From Piromyces finnis finn (taxonomy: Eukaryota; Fungi; Neocallimastigomycota), in NCBI GenBank assembly GCA_002104945.1, contig MCFH01000061.1:186001-250000 (forward strand): a stretch of 64,000 bases of DNA, given 5' to 3'. The translations under genes and the position numbers were made by a program. Positions 1 through 10,700 of this stretch are shown here, piece by piece (the first letter of the stretch is position 1; each line of letters opens with the position of its first letter). The notes beneath the pieces are model-generated. The model ran no database searches. It was given only the letters and a program-made list of their open reading frames with translations, and had not been told where the DNA came from.

Positions 1-184
1 TAAAATAAAATTTATAAAAAAATGATGAAAAATTTGAAAAATTTTATTAAATTTTTTATTCAAAGAAAATAAAAAAAATAAAATAGATGAGATAGAATTC
101 GTCTTCAGTTTATTAATGTGTGTTTTTCTTGATTTTTTAATATAATGGTCGTTATTTTTATATATTTTTATAGAGAGTACAAAT

Positions 185-928
185 AGGGCATCATATTTTT
201 AATATGAACATTACATTCTAGTATTTTATGCGTGTCTAGTGTCTCTAAAACTAAAGTGTTGAATTTTGATACTTTCTTTACTTTAAATGGTTCTAAAAGA
301 ATGGATCTAATTTTTCCTACCTATATATCTTACCAACACTTGATCATCTGGCTTGTACCGATGTTGAATAGACTTTACTGGTTCATTTCTTTGAAGCCAG
401 TAATCGTGGGCTTGCTTGATATTTTCTGTAGCTTCTTGTACCCAATTCTGGTGTCTGACAAAATGTCTAAAATTGTATTCTTCGTTAGATTCGTCCTTTT
501 TTTTGGAATATCTGGTAGCAATACACTTAGAGGCCATAAGTCTTTTCTTCCATATAAAAGTTCGAAACTACTAAATCCTGTAACTTTCGAACGAGATGTA
601 CACAGAGCCCATAAGGTTGCAGAAAGTATTCGTCCCAATTTTCTTGATTTTTGCATAAGTGTCGAAGTATTTTTATTATTTCTCTATTTCTGTTTTTGAC
701 TTGTCCATTAGCTTCAGGATGATGTAGTGCAACGAATTGAACTCAGGAACCATATAAGTCTATCATTGTTTTTGTTATATCTGAAGTGAATTGACTTCCA
801 TTATCTGTGACAATTATTTCTGGGACGCCATGTCTTGCAAAGATGTCTTTTAAGAAATAACTAACGTCTTGACTTTCAATTTTTTTTAAGGGAGTGTAGT
901 TATTATTCATCACAAACAAGTGAAACAC
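185..928 (-). pseudogene. Degenerate Ty3/gypsy integrase fragment (core and C-terminus), broken by stops and frameshifts
   Basis: Three overlapping minus-strand ORFs give FARHGVPEIIVTDNGSQFTS, ATLWALCTSRSKVTGFSSFELLYGR and DQVLVR, collinear with the integrases of elements G and F. Confidence 0.9.
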
Positions 929-1007
929 TTTATAAAATTATTTAAATAAAAAAAATGAATATTATTATCTTTGTAGTTTCATAATCCAAGATTCAAAAAT
1001 ACTATTA

Positions 1008-1079
1008 AGGGGCGTTCCGGATTTGAACCGAAGACCTATTGATCTGCAGTCAATTGCTCTACCGCTGAGCTAACACCCC
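1008..1079 (-). tRNA. tRNA-Cys(GCA): tRNA-Cys (anticodon GCA), intronless
   Basis: Reverse complement folds as a cloverleaf: acceptor GGGGTGT/ACGCCCC, D arm GCTC-AGCGGTA-GAGC, anticodon arm ATTGA-CTGCAGA-TCAAT, T arm TTCGG-TTCAAAT-CCGGA. A T5 run (plus 995-999) follows as a likely Pol III terminator. Confidence 0.95.
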
Positions 1080-1093
1080 TTTTATCTGCATTG

Positions 1094-2978
1094 TGATACG
1101 TAGAAAATATTATCTTAATTCTATAAATGAATATAGAAAGTGATAATATTTGTATCTAAAAAATAATATTTAATAAATAAAATTTAAAGAAAATAAAAAT
1201 AAATGATTTTTATACTTGTTCATTTTCAAGTATTAGTTAGTTTTATAAAATATAGTTTATTTAATTATAAATTTTGATATTTAATAACTCTAGTATTATT
1301 AAATATATATTTTATTATGAATACATCTCGGTATGTATGTGAATATAATTATAAGTATTATTTTAATAAATTTAATATTATTATCTAATTTTTCTGGATT
1401 ATTAGGAACATTTTTAAAAATAAGTAATTCTATCACTATTTATACAAAATTATTATTTTAAGATATAATTATAAACAAATATAAACTATTTAATTTAAAA
1501 AGAAATAAACAATTAAATAAACAAAAAGTTTACATTTATAATTTTTAATTTAATAATTTTATACATGTTAAATATTTTAAATTTTTATCTATATTTTAAT
1601 TATTATTATTATTATTATTAATTTATAATTTATAAATTTAATTATTTATCAATATCTTCGCCCTTAAGATATAACTTCGTCCCTTGAAGTTACGAAAGGA
1701 AAAATAATAGATAAAGAATTAAATTTTATAAGTAATTAAAGTTCTTCATTTTATTACTTCTTCTTCTTCTTAGGATTTTCTTTTTTCTTTCTTTATATGC
1801 ATGTTTAATTTTTATTGTCCTCCATTAATTTATTTTTAATATATAATTTTCCGGATAGTTTTTAATAGTAGCTGCAGTGTCTTTTTCAAATAATTTTATT
1901 CTTCATTTATATCCACATTAATTAAAGCTTACTTAAGGTTTATTATTATTTAAAGTTTATTTTCTGATACTTTTATTCCATTATCCACAGATTATTTTGA
2001 AATTTTTAAAGGCTTTCAGAAGAGCAGGGCAGTTGGAATATAATGTTTTTCTATATGAGTGAAATATACATTATAATTTTATTATTTTATAATATATAAT
2101 TGGTATATATTATAATTGATTATGGATTTATAATTGAATTATATTATAATGTTTTTGTATTATAATACTAATTTTATTTTAAATAATTTGAATATTTAAA
2201 ATTTTGATATTAATGTTATTTATTTAATTATTGGAATTAAATATTTGTGAAATTTTTTTTTTTTTTATATATATTAATAATATATTGGAATAAATTAATA
2301 TATATTGTTGAAGTATTGTTAATTCCGATTTCTAATTAATTCTGAAATTAATTAAATTTTGTTAAAACTGATGCAGTAGTAGTAGTTTTCTATGGGGAAC
2401 AGAGAGGTTCACGTAATTCCCTCCGGCCTTAAGACTAGCTACTCAGTAGATTTTTGGATTCTCCACCATTTGATACGTAGAAAATATTATCTTAATTCTA
2501 TAAATGAATATAGAAAGTGATAATATTTGTATCTAAAAAATAATATTTAATAAATAAAATTTAAAGAAAATAAAAATAAATGATTTTTATACTTGTTCAT
2601 TTTCAAGTATTAGTTAGTTTTATAAAATATAGTTTATTTAATTATAAATTTTGATATTTAATAACTCTAGTATTATTAAATATATATTTTATTATGAATA
2701 CATCTCGGTATGTATGTGAATATAATTATAAGTATTATTTTAATAAATTTAATATTATTATCTAATTTTTCTGGATTATTAGGAACATTTTTAAAAATAA
2801 GTAATTCTATCACTATTTATACAAAATTATTATTTTAAGGTATAATTATAAACAAATATAAACTATTTAATTTAAAAAGAAATAAACAATTAAATAAACA
2901 AAAAGTTTACATTTATAATTTTTAATTTAATAATTTTATACATGTTAAATATTTTAAATTTTTATCTATATTTTAATT
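1094..2978 (-). mobile_element. Element E: small non-coding LTR element (TRIM-like). 3' LTR 1094-1651, internal 1652-2470, 5' LTR 2471-2978 truncated by solo LTR J1
   Basis: About 508 bp near-identical direct repeat (1094 vs 2471). LTR reads TGATAAAT...CGTATCA on minus. PBS TGGTGGAGAATCC at 2456-2468, 2 nt from the LTR; purine tract next to 1651; no ORF. Confidence 0.85.
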
Positions 2979-4108
2979 TGTAAAAGTTTTACTAAACTTA
3001 TAATTTAATATTAAAATATTAAATTAAATAAAAGGTTAAAAGATAACTAGGTTAGAAAAAAAAATGTTTTATTAAAATAATCTTAATTGATTTATAAATG
3101 AATAATTAAATTATATATTATGGTTAAAATAATTTCTTTTATTTTATTTAATAATATATTGCTAAAATATATAATAATAAGATTATTTAGTAGTAATACT
3201 CATTAAGTATTAATTATTATTAATAGTTAATAATTTATAGTTAATAATCTTTAGTTAATAATTTATAGTTAATAATTTAATAATTTATGGTTAATAATTT
3301 TTGGTTAATAATCTTTACAAAGATTTTAATTTCATAAACTATTCTAAACTATTTATACTATTTGTAATTTTACATTTAATAATAAAATAACTTTTCAATA
3401 CATGCTTATATTCATAATATATTTTATAATACTTAAACTAAACTTAAAACTTATTCCTAATTATTAAAAAATAACTATTGTTTATAATATTCATAATATT
3501 AATTATTTCTTAATTATAATATAATTCATTGAATATAATATTAATAATTATAATCTTCTAGTTCAAAGATTATAAATTATGTTGTTGAAATAATTATTAT
3601 AAAATAAAGTTAATTAGTTCCGGAAAATAATTTTAATTTAATTAAACAATAATTTTTATACTTTGAGTGAATGATTTATGTTTGATACATCAGGGGTGAT
3701 CATTCTCTGAATAAACAATTAATCATTGCTAACAAAATATCTTTAAATTGGAATATCTCGTGAACCAGCAGAGATATTGACCTGATTTTAAGATATGTTG
3801 TTTGTCTTGAGTGTGGCTTTCTAACGAACGTAATTACGACCAAAACATTTTTATTCAAAAATCGTCATTCGTTGAGGAGATACGCGTGTTTTTCCTTATT
3901 CCATTTTAACGATAAGGGTTAAAGTTATTTATTATAAAAATTATTAAGGGTTAAGGTCATATTTTAACCTTTTCTAAATTTTTAAATATTTCTTAATAAA
4001 ATTTTATAATTTATTTGAAAATAAAATATTTGTTGATTTTGAAATTTCATAAGTGATTTCACAATTCCAAGTGATCTTGAAATTGTATTTTCACTAGTAT
4101 TCGTGACA
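2979..4108. mobile_element. Solo LTR J1 (family J), flanks do not match each other
   Basis: TGTAAAAG...GTGACA, near-identical over 1.13 kb to 32824-33952. Left flank is E LTR sequence; right flank is an A/B-like LTR. Confidence 0.85.
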
Positions 4109-4909
4109 TTAATTATTTTTTAATTATTAAATTAATTAATTATTTAAACTATTAGTATACATTCATTTAAATTACTATAAACATTTATTTATATTAATAT
4201 TAATTATTCATTTACTTAATTTAAAATTTATTTAATTACTATATTAATTATTTATTTATTTAATTTAGTAATTTATTTAAAATAATAGTAAACATTCATT
4301 TATTTTATTAATTAATAATTTTTGTATTACATTTTATAAGAAACATTGTGTATTTTATTTTACGTTCGTATTTTATGTTTATGTATCGTATCTTGAAATA
4401 ACTTATAGAAACAATTAGAAGATATAAATAAATATTAGGACAATCGGATATTAAGGTTTTTCCGAATTTTATTCGGTTTTACTTAATATTACGATGATTG
4501 ATGTTATCAATCGAATATCTTTTTAGGTTTTTCTTCTAGTCTTTTCCTAAAAAGATTATTTGTTAAGATTAGAAAACTTTTATTAAACTTTAATTTATTA
4601 AAAAATTATAAATAAAAGAACTCTGGAATTCCACTAAAGAATCCAGAGTTATTATTATAAGAACTATTATAATAAATAATCTTTATTTAAAAAACAATAT
4701 TAATAAAACATTTTAAATCAAATAACATTAAAGCTTTGTGTTGTTTATTATATTTCCTTATAATAAACTCTTATTTCAGATAAGTACAAAATTTTATTTA
4801 TTTTAATTTCTCAGTTTAATAATATTAATTATTATTAAATTGTAGATAATAATTATTATTATATTATTAATATTATTATTATGTAATATATATAATAATA
4901 ATTATTACA
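4109..4909 (+). mobile_element. 5'-truncated solo LTR related to the A/B LTR family
   Basis: Shares AAGGTTTT(T/C)CCGA, GGTTTTACTTAA, TAGGTTTTTCTTCTAGTCTTTTCCTAAA, TTGTTAAGATTAGAA and AGAGTTATTATTATAAG with the A LTR; ends ATAATTATTACA versus ATAATTACTACA. Confidence 0.75.
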
Positions 4910-5635
4910 TGTTGTTAAGGAACCAACAAATAATGTTATTTTTGTCATAATTAATGATTATGACCTAATCCATTATTGTTCCTAAATGTATGAAAACTTT
5001 ACAATATTCTAATTTGTAAATTAATGTATACATGAAAATTATATTTAAATTTATTAATGATTATTTTATTAAACTTAAATTTTATTTTATTAAATTTAAA
5101 AATTAATTTAGTAATAATAAAGTAATAATAATATATTGAAATTATAGTTTATTGAACTTTTAGTTTAATTTATCAAGTTAATGAATTTTTATTAATTAAA
5201 ATTATGAATAATATTTCTGTAAAATAGTAAAATTCTTTAGTTAAATATATGTGAAGTAAACTTTTAATGTATGTTAATCAATTCAATAATATGTATAATT
5301 ATTTATTATAATAGTAATGTAATTTTATTATTAATTTAAAAGTAATTTAAATACAAAATTTAATGTAATAATTAAAGTCTAATTCTTTTAATTAACACTA
5401 CTTAAATTTCTACAAAAGGTATAAAAAGGTGTATATTATAAGAATTAGAAGAGAGAGATAATTTTATTTTTATTTTTATTTTTATTTTTGTAATTATATA
5501 TTCTTAATATTTTAATAAAACAAACTTATTAATAAAACAATTTTTCTTATTTAATTTTAATATTATTTTTGAGTATTGATAATTTATTAATATTTTATAA
5601 ATAAAACTAAATTCCTCGAACCATAACATAAAAAT

Positions 5636-5653
5636 TGGTGGAGATATCGGGGA
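5636..5653 (+). promoter_or_regulatory. Primer-binding site of G, probably tRNA-Ala
   Basis: Complement of ...TCCCCGATATCTCCACCA. The U70-C71-C72-A73-CCA end fits tRNA-Ala (G3-U70). The same TGGTGGAGA core occurs in F (13236), D (23502) and E (2468, minus). Confidence 0.75.
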
Positions 5654-6800
5654 AAATATTAATAAAAATTATTAATACATAGGATAAAGTAATATTAAAA
5701 TATTACTAAGATATTATATAAATTTATTAAAAATTTATTACCCTTCAAGTTATAGGTAATATTTATACTACTGTTGAAGATTTAAGGTATAATATTTTAG
5801 TAAAACTGAATTAGTACGCTTTAGAAGCAGTACTTTATTTAGGAATTAGTGGTTAAGTTATTAGGTCTTAGTTTATCTTTCACAGTGGTATACTGGAAAG
5901 CGCTGAACCTTTCTATTTTGTTCGAGAAATAGAAGTGCCTCGCATAATTGTTACATGACACCGGTAATACGGTAAGCTGGGCAATTGTGAACTACTTAAA
6001 CACCCTAAATGAGTATTGGAAAATCGCTGTGAAATGCTGTTCTACTATACTTATTAGTGTAATTAAAATTTTAATAAATTTAATATTATTTTATTATTTA
6101 TTTTTTTTTAAACAAACAAACAAACAAACAAACAAAAAAAAAAAAAAAAAAAAAAATTATTTTTTTTTGGTTCCCAGTTAATTTAATATTGCTAATTGAA
6201 ATGTACTTTTCTTACTGTTTTTAAGTTAAACAGGTTATATCAACATAGACGAGCCTTATTAACTAAACATCAGAGGGATAGTAGGGGTGGTAAAAAGATC
6301 CTGAAGCACGTGACGGAACTAAGATCGTGTGAATAGGGTGACGGCAACCTTTACCATCGGATGAAAGACTCTTAGTTAATAGTCTATTATATATAACTTG
6401 GTCGGTAACTTAAAACAGTAATAACAATATTAAATTAAGTTCTTATTTATAAATTAAATAAAAATAATAATTAAGTAAATTTTAAAAGAAAGAGAAAAAG
6501 GAAGATAAGGAAAATTTAGTACTTTTATCATACGACTGAATTAAGAAAGTAAGGAGTGATAACAATATTTTTTTTGCTACAAATAATTGGTAGTGCGTGT
6601 TGTGCTAGATTATTTGTATCCAATTTTATCAAGTGGTCGATAAAGGAACTTCGAGCTTATAAATTTTTTTTTAGACTGTCAAAAGGGGATTTTTGAGTCT
6701 ATATTGTTTTATCTGGTATTATAATCTATTCAGTCAAAGAAAGTAAAAGAAAGTGTAATATTTTAAGGGAATCAAAAAGTTAGTAAAATTTAAAAAGGAA

Positions 6801-7682
6801 ATGAGGAATTCTACTTCAAGAATTGATTTTAAAGAATTAAAGAAAGAACTCAAGGATATAGAAAAGCTTTCCAAAGATAATTTGGACGTAAAATCCTGGG
6901 CTTCTGAAATATGTTTATGGATTGAACTTCAAGATATCACTAATGCAAGGGAAATTTACATGGCATGTGTCCTTACTTCTAAAGGTGAACCCAGAAAGGT
7001 AATACAAGAGTTAGAAGAAAAGGATAGTGATGGTGAAGATGATTATGAAAATGAAAATGATGAAGAAAACCCAGAAGATGAATCTAATGAAGAAGTTTAC
7101 CCTTCACTTGGGAAGATTATCAATGCCCTTGAAACATTTTATGGGTTAAAAGAAGATCAAAGTATGTTGTTACGAGAACTAAGAAGACTACGTATAAGAA
7201 GAAATGAATCAGTGAAAGATTTTAATAGAAGATATAGATCTTTATATTTAAAGTTGGATAAGAAAAAGAAGAAGCAGATTAGTGTGTTAGATTATGCTGA
7301 TTCTTTACAAAATAATAAAGAAGCATGGAGAAAAGTATCTTTAAAAGATGATATCACCCTAGAAAAGGCCTTTAAGATAGCTGAGAAGGTAGATAGGTTA
7401 TCTACTAGAATAGATAATGATGGTAATATACCAACGACTACTGCAATGACCAAAAGTTATAATCATTTTCAACCATACAAGAGAAAAGTTTCTTTTACTG
7501 AATCCAAAAAGCCTAATAAAGATGATGAAATGGATAACTTAGTCAAGAAAATGAAGAATTTAACAATTAAAGCTTGTTTCTTCTGTAGCGAACCTGGTCA
7601 TTATCAACAAAATTGCCCAAAACTTCAAGCCATTATTGAAGGAAACAAGAAGCGTTATTATGACAATCATTTAAATCATTAA
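6801..7682 (+). CDS. gag: Gag of element G with CCHC zinc knuckle
   Basis: 293 aa ORF; ESVKDFNRRY capsid-like motif; CFFCSEPGHYQQNC knuckle. Confidence 0.9.
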   Translation: MRNSTSRIDFKELKKELKDIEKLSKDNLDVKSWASEICLWIELQDITNAREIYMACVLTSKGEPRKVIQELEEKDSDGEDDYENENDEENPEDESNEEVYPSLGKIINALETFYGLKEDQSMLLRELRRLRIRRNESVKDFNRRYRSLYLKLDKKKKKQISVLDYADSLQNNKEAWRKVSLKDDITLEKAFKIAEKVDRLSTRIDNDGNIPTTTAMTKSYNHFQPYKRKVSFTESKKPNKDDEMDNLVKKMKNLTIKACFFCSEPGHYQQNCPKLQAIIEGNKKRYYDNHLNH

Positions 7683-7722
7683 GTGGGAGAAGAAGCACTC
7701 CCATCGTCAATAAAATAGCTTC
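7670..7722 (+). promoter_or_regulatory. -1 ribosomal frameshift signal of G (slippery T TTA AAT plus stem-loop or pseudoknot)
   Basis: Heptamer 7670-7676 is in gag phase; stem GTGGGAG/CTCCCAT at 7683-7704; the -1 frame is stop-free into the pol ORF. Confidence 0.8.
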
Positions 7723-7738
7723 AATTCAGTATCAGTCA

Positions 7739-10700
7739 ATGTCGAGTGAAGAAACAACAAGCCAGAGTGATTGGTCGAAAGATGATGATGAGGATGGAGA
7801 AAACGAAAGTGACTTTGAAGATACTGATATTAATGAAAATTTCCTTGTATGTGCTAATAAAAGAAAGTTGGATAAAATAGGCAAAGAACAAGATGATAAT
7901 AAAGAAAAACGACTTCACAAAAGCTTAAAAAATGATCCTAGACCTATTCTTACACCTGCTCTTAGAAAAGGTAAAGCACAAGAATTGGAAAATATACCTA
8001 TAGATTTTTCTTTAAAGCAAATGCATCCTTCTATCATTTCTCAACCGAATATTAGAAAACAAAAACTAAAAGAAAGAAAACTTCGGGATATAGAGCGTGC
8101 TAGTAGTAGTGAACAAAAAGAAGAAGGAAAGAGGAAATCGACAAGCCCGGATGAAGATCTTATCATCATCGACTATGATGAAGAAGAAATATTATCTGCA
8201 AATACAGATAAAAAAAATGCTAAGGTGGTAGAGAATGATAATCCAAGTGAATCAACCAGACCTACTTCTAATTCAACTCTAAATAAACTAATGACAGAGC
8301 AAAAGAAAGAAAAACCTGCGGGATCGAAGGGTAAGAAAACTGCTAGAAATATCCAGATGATAGCAGACTCGGAAGAATATAATGTGGTTAAAGATCTTAA
8401 TGAAACAAAATGCAATATTACCTTTGGTCAATTACTTAACTCGGCTCCAAAGTTACGAAAGCAAGTGTCAGAAGGTCTTAAACTGGAAAAGAATGACACA
8501 AAAATTGTGGGAGCTCTGGATAATTTTAATGCTACTTCTGTATTAGTAAATAATGTAGATCATTCGTATGTAAGCAAAAGTAAAGAAGTATCAGAAGAAG
8601 ATATTGCTATGGTAGATGCAACGGTTGATGGAGTACCAGGTAAATTATTAGTTGATTCTTGTAGCAACTTAAGTATTATAACAAAGAAATATTTAGATAA
8701 ACTTCCCCATCAATATGAATCTATTGGATTAAGTTGTGGAAGAATACGTTTAGCTACTAAAAATGATGACTATTCGGAAGGCATAATTATTAGGGTACCG
8801 GTCCAGATAAATGACCTTACCATTACTGCTGATTTTAGAGTGGTGGATAAAGAAGACCCCTTTTATGATATGCTAATCAACTTAAAAACCCAAATGGATA
8901 ATAACTTATTCATCCACCCACTTCGCTATAGTCTTTGCAGATTTAACTCAAATGGATTTGTTGAAGATATTGCTCCAATTAATAATAAAAATGATGAGGA
9001 GGAAAAGGTTATGTGTATGATACGAAGAGTCGGTGATGAAGATTTTAAAAGTGATTTAAAAAAAATTGAAGGTTTACCCCCTTCAGAATATATTCACAAT
9101 AAAAATTTTACTGAGACTCTTAATGAAAAGTATCGAGAACAAATTGTTCGGATATTGGAAGAGAATATTGAAATAATTGCTACTTCTTCTAAAGAACTAA
9201 CACCTTCGAAATTAACACCTCATAAAATTAATTTAAAGCCAGGAGCAAAGCCAATTAAACAAAGATCGTATAGGTTAGCCAAGTTCAAATCGGATATACT
9301 TAAGGAAGAATTGTCTAAATTGATTAATAAAAAGCTAATTGAGCCATCGTATTCGGAATGGTCTTCTCCGGTGGTTTTGGTCCCGAAGCACAATGGGAAA
9401 TGGAGAATGTGCGTGGATTATCGAAAGGTTAATGATTTGTCTGAAAAGGATGCCTATTCGATTCCTTTCATAGATGAGATATTTGATAGTTTACATGGTG
9501 CAACTATATTCACTACGATGGATTTATATTCCGGTTATCACCAAATCCTTATGGATGAAGAAAGCATTGAACTGACAAGTTTTACAACGAAGTTTGGGAA
9601 TTATCAATTCAAGGTTATGCCTTTTGGTCTCACCGGTGCACCCGCTACATTTCAGAGGGAAATGAATCGGATTCTGTTTCCATTAATTGGAAAGTGTGTT
9701 TATAACTTCATTGATGATATCCTGATTTATTCAAAAAATATTGAAGAACATATTGAACATATAAATCAAGTTTTAGCAATCTTCCGGGAAAACAAATTAA
9801 AAATCAATATTGAAAAATGCCATTTTATGCAAACTGAAGTTGATGTGTTAGGACATCGTTTAACTACAGAAGGTCTTAAACCATTAGATAGCAAAATCCA
9901 AGCTATAAAAAGTTGGAAACCTCCTTCAAATATCCATGAATTAAGATCATTCTTAGGTTCAATTGGATATTATAGAGATTTTATTTCTAATTATGCCAAA
10001 CTTACTGCTCCTTTATGTAAACTACTTAGAAAAGGTGTTCCTTTTAATTGGTGTAATGAACAACAAGAGAGTTTTATTATATTGAAAGAAAAGTTAATCA
10101 ATGCGCCTATTTTGAAATTCCCTGATTTTGAGAAAGAATTTATAATTCGAACGGATGCATCGTATGAAGGGATCGGAGGAGTATTATTACAAAAGGAAGG
10201 CACAGATATTGAACATCCAATTCATTATATTAGCCGAAGTCTGACAAAAGCAGAAAAGAATTATGGAATTACTGACTTAGAAGGAACTGCATTATTTTAC
10301 TGTATTACTAAATTAAAGCCTTATATAATGGGAAGTCCATTTAAGACTATCGTCTATACTGATCATAAACCATTAATTGGATTATTTAAGAATAAGGAGC
10401 CAAACAATGCAAGACAAACGAGATGGTGTTTAACAGCTAGTATGCTAGGAGTTGATATTCGTTATGAACAAGGTAAAAAGAATGTTGTGGCAGATGCACT
10501 GTCTCGAATGAGAAATAAAAAAGATAAAAAAGTAATAGCTGCGAAAATTAATAAAGGTATAGAAGAGACCATGCTATCTAGGGTAATTAAAGAATTTGTG
10601 GAAGAAAAGTTCACCAAAATAGATGGTGTGGATTACTTTATTGATGGAAGGAATTATCGAAAACTGATCACAGAAACTAATGAGAAGCTGAAATTAATTT

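Noticed and set aside
5878-5930. Second tRNA or Pol III promoter (AGTGGTA...GTTCGAG)
   Set aside because: The A box has two mismatches, the B box lacks the conserved C, and no cloverleaf forms.
6244-6400. Hammerhead, twister, HDV-like ribozyme or group I/II intron core in the G leader
   Set aside because: Required cores (CUGANGA/GAAA, twister pseudoknot partners, domain V, P3-P7) were not found on either strand; kept only as an unassigned structure.
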